Positions 56,879 to 64,000 of a stretch of 64,000 nt of DNA are shown one piece after another (the stretch's first letter is position 1; every line of letters begins with the position of its first letter). The notes under the pieces are model-generated. The model was not told the DNA's origin. It saw only the letters and a list, made by a program, of their open reading frames with translations, and did no database searches. The stretch lies in the NCBI GenBank assembly GCA_000146465.1, contig CP001944.1; one strand, 5' to 3'. Both the position numbers and the translations under genes were made by a program.

Positions 56879-58498
56879 TTAATTGTTTTTTTTTTCTTGT
56901 TCCTTCTCCTTGTTGTCGACGTACCAGGAGCTGTTACGCAGATTCCTATTCCTCCTGAATGGATTTGAATCGCTCTTCCCCCCAGGATTTTCCGATGGAA
57001 TATGTCTAAACGCATCCAATGGAGGAACATATGCCTTTTGGGTTCCCGAAGAGTGGGGATTTGGAGGCCTATACACCTTGGCTTCCTCTCCTTCGCTTCT
57101 CCAATGTGCAGATCTGGTAGGCTTGGGCATGGGGACTTCAATCTTTCTACCAAGCTCTTCAATCCTCTGAGACAGGCCCTTTCTTGCCTCTTCAACAAGG
57201 TCCAAATATGCTCTGAGCTCCTCTCTCTTAGTTTTAAGTTTGTTTTCTTTCTTCTCAAAAGCCTCCTTTGCTTCCTTGTTCCTCTTCTCGTACCAAGCAT
57301 CTTCTATTCCCTTTGCATTTTTCATGTAGTATCGAGAGTACATCTTCACCTTCTTATAGGCCGAAGAAAACCTATCGCGGAACTTGACTGTCTTTTTTGG
57401 ACGGCTTGGCTCTTCTTTCTTCACAATCTTCTTTTCCTCGGAAATCCTCTTCCTTTCTATCACAGGCTTGGAAGCTGTCCTTGTTCTTTCTTTGTATTCC
57501 TCTATGATTTCAAACACTTTCCTCTCAACCGTCTTGTACTCATATTGCTCTATTAAAATGTATGTCCCATCAATACTAAACCTAAAATCATTCTTCTTCA
57601 TAAATGCAATCAGATCCATGTTCTCCTCTACCAGAACCCTTTTTCCAACACATTCCGAGTATTTTCCCCACATCTCGAAATCAAACTTCCTTCGTATAAG
57701 AGTGTTTCCAGACACATCTATTCCAGAACATCTTTTCTCTACATTACTAAGAATCTCAGGCAGATTCAAAAGCCTGGATTTGCAGAACAATTTCTTCTGC
57801 TTGTCCCCTTCGTTCTTGAGAAGTGCGTACGAACATAATGTGCGAAAGTCTTCAATGCTGCATTGCTTCTGTATACACCTGGGCTCCAATGATGTAAGAA
57901 TATTGATCACATTGACATATGAAAATAGCATACCCGACTCAAGGAAAAAGCTGCCAAGAAGCTCCATATACAATATTGCTGTATTGCTTGATGAAAACTT
58001 TCCCATCGACGTTACGATCTCACATACCTTCTCACATACAGCATAGGATTCATACAATGCCCCTCCTTTGCTTAGAGTCCATCCAAGACCCAGGAGAACC
58101 TCAAGAAATGTCCCATACATCCCTTCCTTTGTAGACGCAGGCATCTCATCATACATCTTGTTGAAATACTCAAAAACCCCCTTGCACTCTTCAACACTGT
58201 ATCTTTTCTTGACCGACTCGACCCATGGCATAAGCACCCCAGCCATACCTCCATACAGTCTGTTCCGAAGAAAGTGGTTACCAAACACCTCATAAACATC
58301 CGACTCCCAGTCGTTTCCTCTGCTGGAAAATGCATTGTAAAACTTTTCCACATATCCAGGATTATATTTATGCTCAATCAGAAGCTTTTCCAGACTGTCT
58401 GTAGATCCCGATTCTTTAATCTTCTGAGAAACACGCATCACATCATCGCTTACTACTCCATCCTCAGAATCCATCCTGGGGCTAAAAGATTCATGCAT
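56879..58498 (-). CDS. helical protein with C-terminal Lys/Glu-rich coiled-coil tail (possible PCI/eIF3-like; unassigned)
   Basis: 539 aa from the first ATG (the track start is TTG). The ~330-aa N-terminus is all helical. The C-terminus reads 'EKRNKEAKEAFEKKENKLKTKREELRAYLDLVEEARKG'. Confidence 0.5.
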   Translation of the reverse strand: MHESFSPRMDSEDGVVSDDVMRVSQKIKESGSTDSLEKLLIEHKYNPGYVEKFYNAFSSRGNDWESDVYEVFGNHFLRNRLYGGMAGVLMPWVESVKKRYSVEECKGVFEYFNKMYDEMPASTKEGMYGTFLEVLLGLGWTLSKGGALYESYAVCEKVCEIVTSMGKFSSSNTAILYMELLGSFFLESGMLFSYVNVINILTSLEPRCIQKQCSIEDFRTLCSYALLKNEGDKQKKLFCKSRLLNLPEILSNVEKRCSGIDVSGNTLIRRKFDFEMWGKYSECVGKRVLVEENMDLIAFMKKNDFRFSIDGTYILIEQYEYKTVERKVFEIIEEYKERTRTASKPVIERKRISEEKKIVKKEEPSRPKKTVKFRDRFSSAYKKVKMYSRYYMKNAKGIEDAWYEKRNKEAKEAFEKKENKLKTKREELRAYLDLVEEARKGLSQRIEELGRKIEVPMPKPTRSAHWRSEGEEAKVYRPPNPHSSGTQKAYVPPLDAFRHIPSENPGGKSDSNPFRRNRNLRNSSWYVDNKEKEQEKKNN

Positions 58499-58532
58499 AT
58501 TCAACTCCAGGATATCCCTTCCAAGGGAACAT

Positions 58533-58889
58533 CTAACTCCACTTCATCTTATTAACAACTTCCTGCATAAGAGAACTTGCCACCCCGTTTAAGCCACTTC
58601 TGACCCCAAAGCCCCGTCCGTTCCTTATGCCACAAGTGAAAGACGCAATAAATGGTGGGGCCAGATGTCTAATCCATCCAGTGGCCCTAATTGCCCTTAG
58701 TCCATAGTACAGAGACGAATATATCATGGCGTGCTTTGCCAACTCCCCTCCTCTCCTTAGGGAGAGTCTAGAATGGGGCTGCTCCTCCCTCTGCTTAAAC
58801 ATGCTACTGGCAAATGCCATCGAGCATCCAATTGCAAAAGAGTTCCCAGTTGTCTCGAAGATAACTAGAGCATAGTCTCCAATGCTCAT
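58533..58889 (-). CDS. Tim17/Tim22/Tim23-family inner-membrane translocase-like protein (mitosomal import candidate)
   Basis: 118 aa with Gly-zipper-type segments 'GNSFAIGCSMAFASSMF', 'GLRAIRATG' and 'IRNGRGFGVRSGLNGVASSL', reminiscent of the Tim17 core. The first ATG is used (the track start is TTG). Confidence 0.4.
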   Translation of the reverse strand: MSIGDYALVIFETTGNSFAIGCSMAFASSMFKQREEQPHSRLSLRRGGELAKHAMIYSSLYYGLRAIRATGWIRHLAPPFIASFTCGIRNGRGFGVRSGLNGVASSLMQEVVNKMKWS

Positions 58890-58931
58890 ATGTGGGGTTC
58901 TGCCAAAGCCCTTATCTCTCAAACCACACCC

Positions 58932-59624
58932 ATGAACAGAACAACAGAATACCTGAAGCACATAGACAAGAAGACACAAGCTCCTCCAACTTCAAAGAGC
59001 GAGAGCTTCTACGACACCATCAATATAAAAATAAAGAGGATAGAAAAGAAGCTGGAGAAATCCCTTTCCTACAGAGAGATACTCAAGGTGGAAGAGGAGT
59101 TCAATACTCTTTCTCTTGAGGTTCAGCAAACATTGGATACAATTTCTGTAGAAGGCTCAAGTGACCTTATCCTTCACTTTGAAGGAGTCAAGAAGATTAT
59201 TTTGATGAGGTTGCAAAGGGTCGAGAAAAAACTCAGAAACCTCAAGGACTCGAAGATAGGAATGAGCATTGATCTCGAGCCAGAAAGGCCGCATACATTT
59301 AAGAATGTAGAAGAGGTCCAGATGATGGAGGAGGAAAACAAGAGGCTGGTTGAAGGATACAACATTGAGGGATACAGGCTAACAAGAAAAAGACTTCTTG
59401 AGGTCGAGGCACTCCAGGACACAATTTTCCAGCATCTGACTCTTCAAGACGAGAGAATTGACAGCATAGTAGACCTTACCTCAAGGGCAGGGAAGTTTGT
59501 TTCTTCAAGCAACGAGGCACTGGGGAAAACAAAGAATTCTGGAAAGTTTGCTCGGAGATTTCTGTTTATTCTATTGCTTTGTTTATCCTTCGTTCTGTTG
59601 TTCCTCCACTACTATTACAAGTAA
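58932..59624 (+). CDS. syntaxin-like Qa-SNARE with C-terminal TM anchor
   Basis: SNARE motif 'LEVEALQDTIFQHLTLQDERIDSIVDLTSRAGKFVSSSNEAL' with the central Gln, followed by TM 'FLFILLLCLSFVLLFL'. Start set at the ATG preceded by 'cacacccATG'; the track's upstream ATG at 58890 is possible. Confidence 0.7.
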   Translation: MNRTTEYLKHIDKKTQAPPTSKSESFYDTINIKIKRIEKKLEKSLSYREILKVEEEFNTLSLEVQQTLDTISVEGSSDLILHFEGVKKIILMRLQRVEKKLRNLKDSKIGMSIDLEPERPHTFKNVEEVQMMEEENKRLVEGYNIEGYRLTRKRLLEVEALQDTIFQHLTLQDERIDSIVDLTSRAGKFVSSSNEALGKTKNSGKFARRFLFILLLCLSFVLLFLHYYYK

Positions 59625-59654
59625 ATTCAGCCTATCAAAGTTCCTTTGGAATAT

Positions 59655-60443
59655 CTACTCCTCCTTTCCAAGAAGGATATCCACAACACTTGGATCTTCC
59701 AGAATTTCATGGATCCTTGCCATGTTACTGAATCTATCCTCGACTATTTTGCGAAAGTCGAAGTTAGGCATTTTGTTTTTTGCAAAGTTTATTACAGGGA
59801 CCGTTATTGTTTCGTTGTCTTCTCCCACATCTGTGCACTGCGTGGGAGAAAACCTTCTGTGCTCTTCTGTGTTGCTCATTCTTATCGAATTGGCCTCTCT
59901 CCTTTCCTGTTCCAGGCGTCCTGGTGACTTAATCTCACTGTATCCATGATCAAGCTTCTCAGGAATGATCCACTTGAAGGTATTTCTTTCCAAGCCACTT
60001 CCTCCATTTCTGGAACTCGAAGTCGGGTAACTCCCATCTGTCTCCATCACCGTCTTTTCTATTTCCTTGATCTGAACCAGATTTGCTCCCCACGAGACTT
60101 TCTTTCTTCTCTTTGGCTTCAAGTCCTCTCCCAGCTCCGATTGATTCTTATCATCCTTCAGACTCTCGGCACAGGCCACGCTAAACAACCTCTTGAGGCC
60201 TGTTTTTTCAAGTTGGTCTTGAGTAAATCCCGATCTTCTTAGTAGCTCAGAAGGCTCTTGAGCCCCAGGATAGAGAACATCAAAGCTAAGGTTTATGAAG
60301 TCTACATAGAAGGGATGCTCCACAGGAAACACTCCTCCCTCCAGGATTTCTTTGATTACACTCTTCACTCGCTCTGGAAGAATGGCTGGATCCTCAATTC
60401 CAAAAACCCCCTCGATCTTCCCAATCACCTCAGACTCTTTCAT
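59655..60443 (-). CDS. hypothetical nuclear protein with PNUTS-like PP1-docking motif ('PKRRKKVSWGANLVQIKE')
   Basis: 262 aa from the first ATG (the track start is GTG; CCC signal upstream). The basic stretch plus KVSW resembles the PNUTS 'RKRKTVTWPEE' RVxF-type motif. The helical N-terminus could be TFIIS-N-like. Confidence 0.4.
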   Translation of the reverse strand: MKESEVIGKIEGVFGIEDPAILPERVKSVIKEILEGGVFPVEHPFYVDFINLSFDVLYPGAQEPSELLRRSGFTQDQLEKTGLKRLFSVACAESLKDDKNQSELGEDLKPKRRKKVSWGANLVQIKEIEKTVMETDGSYPTSSSRNGGSGLERNTFKWIIPEKLDHGYSEIKSPGRLEQERREANSIRMSNTEEHRRFSPTQCTDVGEDNETITVPVINFAKNKMPNFDFRKIVEDRFSNMARIHEILEDPSVVDILLGKEE

Positions 60444-60504
60444 GGAAGGGCCATTCCGGACTCGCTTTAGAGATTGCCTGGAAAATAAACAGCCCTGCAG
60501 CCAT

Positions 60505-61842
60505 ATGAAGAAGTTTGGGAGGAAAAGAAGGTCGATCTGTAACACCACCTACGAAGACGTCCGAAAAACATTTGACGATCTAAAAAGAAAGATTGCTGAT
60601 TCGGGCCGCCTTTCTTCCAGTGGATTTTCCCCGGCTACATCACCAAGGAGTGTGAGCTGGAGAAAGGACTATCCATGTGACCTTATCTCAAGCTCCGGCG
60701 ATGATCTGGAGGACTGGAGCAGCTTTATTAGCTCGCACAACTCTGAACTTGGAGATAGAAGTGGACCCAGAACTCCAAGCCCTGGAAGCGAGGCACAAGA
60801 AAGTATTGCAGTAAACCATGGAATCCTTAGCTCTAGCGAAACATACGACGAAAGTCTGGGATTCAGTAGCTTTCTTGAGGAGGAATCTAAGAAAGCATCT
60901 CGAATACAGAACATAACATTTAGAAGAAAGAAGGGGGAGAACGGGAATCTTTTGGAACTGGAGAAGTGCAACATCGATGCTCTTCAGGAAGAAAATCTCG
61001 AGGTGGCAGCACTGAAAAAAATCTCATTTGACAGAATGCCAAAGAATGTCAGGAAGATTGGGGAGGCAACATTCAGCGAGGTGTTTAGCGACGGCCTTAA
61101 GGTCTACAAGATTGTTCCATTAGGGGACACAGATGATGAAACGTCTCTCGAGTCGTTTCTGAAGGAATCGGCCATATTCAAAACCATTTCCTCGGAAGAC
61201 GGGGTGTGCAGGCTTAAAGATGTGTTTTTGGTTGAAGGAAAATATCCAGAGGAATATTTGAAGGCATGGGACGATTACGGAGAGGAAGAAAACGAAAGAC
61301 CCTCGAAATACTCGGACTCTCAGAAGTACGGTGTGATAGTGATGGAGGACGGGGGAGAAAGCCTGGAAAGCACTAAGTTTCAAGGGGCAGAGGAGATGGA
61401 CCGATTTATTAGGAGGGTTATAGAGATACTGGCCAACCTGGAGGAGAAGTACGAGTTCGAACATAGAGACCTTCATTGGGGAAATATCTTGATAAAGGAG
61501 GACCGAATAAGCTTGATTGATTTTTCTCTCAGTAGGCTGAAGGATGGAGATTCTGTGATATTTAGCAACCTCAACGACAAGCAATGGTTGTTCGAGGGAG
61601 ACGAGGCTTTTGATATCCAATTCAAGGTTTATAAGGACATGCTCAAGCTGTGTTCTGGATGCTGGTCTCGCTTTACTCCCCAAAGCAATGCCCTGTGGAT
61701 CCGATACCTTGTTGAAAAGACATTTGGAAAAGGAAGGTTCAAGGGGAAGAAAGACCTAGTCTCACAGTACTTGTCGATTATAGATAGCAGCACATCAGCA
61801 AGGGATATAGATGCAAAACTCAAGAGGAAGGAAGTACAATAA
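60505..61842 (+). CDS. haspin-family Ser/Thr kinase (histone H3-Thr3 kinase)
   Basis: 'IGEATFSEVFSDGLKVYKIVPL', 'FEHRDLHWGNILIKED', 'LIDFSLSRLKDGDSVIF' and 'FEGDEAFDIQFKVYKDM' match haspin hallmarks, including HRDLHWGN and DYTLSR-like. Start placed at the ATG with upstream 'aaaataaacagccctgcagccatATG'. Earlier in-frame ATGs at 60382 and 60442 would overlap the upstream gene. Confidence 0.8.
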   Translation: MKKFGRKRRSICNTTYEDVRKTFDDLKRKIADSGRLSSSGFSPATSPRSVSWRKDYPCDLISSSGDDLEDWSSFISSHNSELGDRSGPRTPSPGSEAQESIAVNHGILSSSETYDESLGFSSFLEEESKKASRIQNITFRRKKGENGNLLELEKCNIDALQEENLEVAALKKISFDRMPKNVRKIGEATFSEVFSDGLKVYKIVPLGDTDDETSLESFLKESAIFKTISSEDGVCRLKDVFLVEGKYPEEYLKAWDDYGEEENERPSKYSDSQKYGVIVMEDGGESLESTKFQGAEEMDRFIRRVIEILANLEEKYEFEHRDLHWGNILIKEDRISLIDFSLSRLKDGDSVIFSNLNDKQWLFEGDEAFDIQFKVYKDMLKLCSGCWSRFTPQSNALWIRYLVEKTFGKGRFKGKKDLVSQYLSIIDSSTSARDIDAKLKRKEVQ

Positions 61843-61852
61843 AAAAGACCTT

Positions 61853-63421
61853 TTATTGGTCTAGGCTCATTCTGCTCTTTACTTGCCTAAGAAACTCACC
61901 TGCATTCAAGATTTCTGTCGATCCATACATGATTGGAACTCCTATCCTCTCCTCAAGAAGTTTCAGGGTTTTCAACTCTGTGTATGTTCCCCCTCCTATG
62001 CTAAATACAACAATCCTTGAGATCTCGCTTGCATATATATTTTTGGACCCGGTGGAATCAATCAACTTGAAGCCCGAGTATATCTGAGACTTGATATCCG
62101 AATAAATAGACTCCACAAGAGATGATATGGGGGTCTGCTCCTTCACCGGGAGAAGCTTTTTGACATTTCCCATAAGACTAGTGACCATCTGCGAGTAAAA
62201 GGCCCCTGTCTTTTCCGGCCGGGCGCTTTTATGCTTCCTGAAGAATTCAATCACCTTCGACTTTACCTTCCTCTTCTGAAGCAAGGGATCTATTAGATCG
62301 AAGTCCTTGGTGTTAAGAAGAAGAATGGCCAGCCTCAGTATGTCCTCGTCGTCGCCCTTCTCGGATAATTCCATCAACTCCTGATCTGTGTATCTTCCCT
62401 TCTCGACCTTGTAGAAGTCGTCGATCGCTCTCTTTTTTATTATCTCAACCATCTCAGAGCATATGGATATGTGAGCATTTACAGATTCATTTCTCTTTGC
62501 CAGCTCCGGTGCTTTATCCAGGGCCTCTTGGATCACCTTCTTGTCGGTCTTCTCGTCAATACTCCGAAGGGCCATTTCCTTTCTGTACTCTAGAAGCTCT
62601 TTCTCAACCCTTTCAACAACAACAGGGAAGTATTCGTTACTATTCCCCCTCCAGAGTTCGTCCTCTGGATCCAGATCAAATACCTTCCCACTTTTCAATG
62701 TTATCTTATTCGACTCAAACTTGAAGAGGTCATTCATTAGTGCACTATAGCTCCATACATGTTGCACAGGAGTGCTTACATCGTAGTTTCGATTCATAAG
62801 AATCAGAAGAGGCCTTTTCCCTGTCTTCTTGATGACACCAGTGTTTTTTATCTTTGCCTCAAGCATCTTTGCTATTTGGATGCATGTTTCGTCATCCAGA
62901 GTTGCCATAAACGGAACTTCTCCAAGAGTCACAAAGACACTCATAAGAGACATCACCATTCCTCTCCACATGTCTGTGTTCTCAATTCCTGCAAAGCTGT
63001 CCTTCATCTCAAGAGTAAACAGATCGTCTTGCAAAGCAGTGAAGTCCAGAAACTGGTCGAAGACAGATCTTACTCGAAGCCCAAGACCTCTCTCCGACAA
63101 CCTGAGTCCTAGGTCTTCGAGCTCTCCCCGGCCAACAGATGTGGTGAAGTTAAGGTAGTATTCAGAGTAAAGCTCCTTAAGGATATCCTCAGCGATTCCA
63201 TCTGCCTTCTCAACAAAATACACAGCAGGGGTGTTGGAGATGGGATGTCTCCCCTGAGACACCAGGAAATGGGTTGTTACACCGCACTCCCTGAGCTCGT
63301 TGACCTTCATCAAAGGCCCAATAATATGCTGTGCTCGAGCGTCAAGAACCAAGACCTTCCAGGGACTGTTTGGCATTCCCAGAAATGCCTTTATCTTCTG
63401 TTTCTGGAGCTCCCTTAACAT
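61853..63421 (-). CDS. SLY1: Sec1/Munc18-family protein, SLY1-like
   Basis: N-terminus 'LRELQKQKIKAFL...WKVLVLDARAQHIIGPLMKVNELRECGVTTHFLVSQGRHPISNTPAVYFV' aligns with Sly1 'LRDMQISAILKML...WKVLILD...LRVNDLLKAGITVHSLIKQDRSPLPDVPAIYFV'. 522 aa. Confidence 0.8.
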   Translation of the reverse strand: MLRELQKQKIKAFLGMPNSPWKVLVLDARAQHIIGPLMKVNELRECGVTTHFLVSQGRHPISNTPAVYFVEKADGIAEDILKELYSEYYLNFTTSVGRGELEDLGLRLSERGLGLRVRSVFDQFLDFTALQDDLFTLEMKDSFAGIENTDMWRGMVMSLMSVFVTLGEVPFMATLDDETCIQIAKMLEAKIKNTGVIKKTGKRPLLILMNRNYDVSTPVQHVWSYSALMNDLFKFESNKITLKSGKVFDLDPEDELWRGNSNEYFPVVVERVEKELLEYRKEMALRSIDEKTDKKVIQEALDKAPELAKRNESVNAHISICSEMVEIIKKRAIDDFYKVEKGRYTDQELMELSEKGDDEDILRLAILLLNTKDFDLIDPLLQKRKVKSKVIEFFRKHKSARPEKTGAFYSQMVTSLMGNVKKLLPVKEQTPISSLVESIYSDIKSQIYSGFKLIDSTGSKNIYASEISRIVVFSIGGGTYTELKTLKLLEERIGVPIMYGSTEILNAGEFLRQVKSRMSLDQ

Positions 63422-63582
63422 TCGGGGTATTGTGGCAGCCTATTTTCTAGAAAGGTTGCAAGATTTCTTTTTGAAGGCTGTGGTCCTTGCTGTTGAAGAA
63501 GTCCTAGGTATGTGAATGGTTTGATCCTGTCTGCCCGAGAAATAAATCTTTTTGTTATCCCTAGAACTACTCCAATAGGACA

Positions 63583-64000
63583 ATGACAACAGAGATTAGA
63601 AATATAAAGCTGGTTCAGAAGATAGCGTCTGGGGCTTTTGGAGAGATATTTATTGGCCAAAACACAGTGACAAACCAGACAGTGGCAGTGAAGCTGGAGA
63701 AGAAGGCTCACTATGGCCAGCTGAAGCATGAATATGGAGTATACAAGGCGCTTGGGAGCATCCGTACCCCAAAGATTTACGAGTATGGAAAGATCTTGTA
63801 TGAAAATGTATACGTCAATGGAATGGTAATGGAACTGATGGGCAAGTCTTTGGAGCAGCTGTTTGTTGCATGCAACAGGCATTTTTCCCTTAAGACGGTA
63901 CTGATGATAGGAGAGAAGATGATTGACGATGTAGAATATCTGCATCACAAGAACTATGTACACAGAGACATTAAACCCGATAACTTTGTGTTTGACGTCC
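63583..64000 (+). CDS. casein kinase 1 (partial; runs off the window end)
   Basis: 'LVQKIASGAFGEIFIGQNTVTNQTVAVKLE...PKIYEYGK...VMELMGKSLEQLFVACNRHFSLKTVLMIGEKMIDDVEYLHHKNYVHRDIKPDNF' is canonical CK1. It is absent from the ORF track because there is no stop within the window. A track ORF on the opposite strand (63415-63963) is its antisense. Confidence 0.85.
   Translation, partial: MTTEIRNIKLVQKIASGAFGEIFIGQNTVTNQTVAVKLEKKAHYGQLKHEYGVYKALGSIRTPKIYEYGKILYENVYVNGMVMELMGKSLEQLFVACNRHFSLKTVLMIGEKMIDDVEYLHHKNYVHRDIKPDNFVFDV

Noticed and set aside
63415-63963. 182-aa minus-strand ORF at the window end.
   Set aside because: It is the antisense of an obvious casein kinase 1 gene on the plus strand (63583 onward), which is absent from the track only because it has no stop within the window.
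1-64000. A prokaryotic reading of the window (ABC transporter, PFK, RNase HII and MutS as operon genes; alternative TTG/GTG starts).
   Set aside because: The window encodes beta-tubulin, SPT16, SmD3, CBP20, haspin, Ykt6, syntaxin, homeodomain proteins and others. It is a eukaryotic nuclear genome, so the prokaryotic start-codon model of the track does not apply.

Overview
This 64-kb window is a gene-dense core segment of a eukaryotic genome, almost certainly a microsporidian of the Encephalitozoon type. Genes sit on both strands at roughly one per 1.2 kb with no introns seen, intergenic spacers often under 100 nt, and several overlapping stop or start codons. The proteins are unmistakably eukaryotic: beta-tubulin, FACT/SPT16, RNA polymerase I subunit 2, haspin, CK1, SNAREs, and spliceosome parts. 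Most start codons are preceded by the CCC/GGG and AAATTT-like signals known from Encephalitozoon. GC is about 45%. I call about 54 protein-coding genes and one clear pseudogene. I find no rRNA, tRNA, transposon or CRISPR features. The supplied ORF track treats TTG and GTG as Met starts; for a eukaryote I moved starts to the first in-frame ATG, guided by the upstream CCC/AAATTT signals. Many track N-termini are therefore trimmed, and coordinates may be off by a few nt. The most unusual region is 32.6-35.3 kb. It holds two small paralogous homeobox genes transcribed convergently, followed by a Chk1-like kinase pseudogene carrying several frameshifts and stops, and then a divergent kinase with a signal anchor. 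The spacers there are atypically long. Other points of interest are a ~25-nt upstream element shared almost exactly by the RPS14 and beta-tubulin genes, a heat-shock-element-like motif upstream of an Hsp70 gene, and four spliceosome or cap-binding genes (SF3a2, U1A, SmD3, CBP20). A GID4 substrate-receptor ortholog is also present. The ubiquitin toolkit is rich: USP7, UBP14, URM1 and GID4. I see no prokaryotic-style defence or mobile system.
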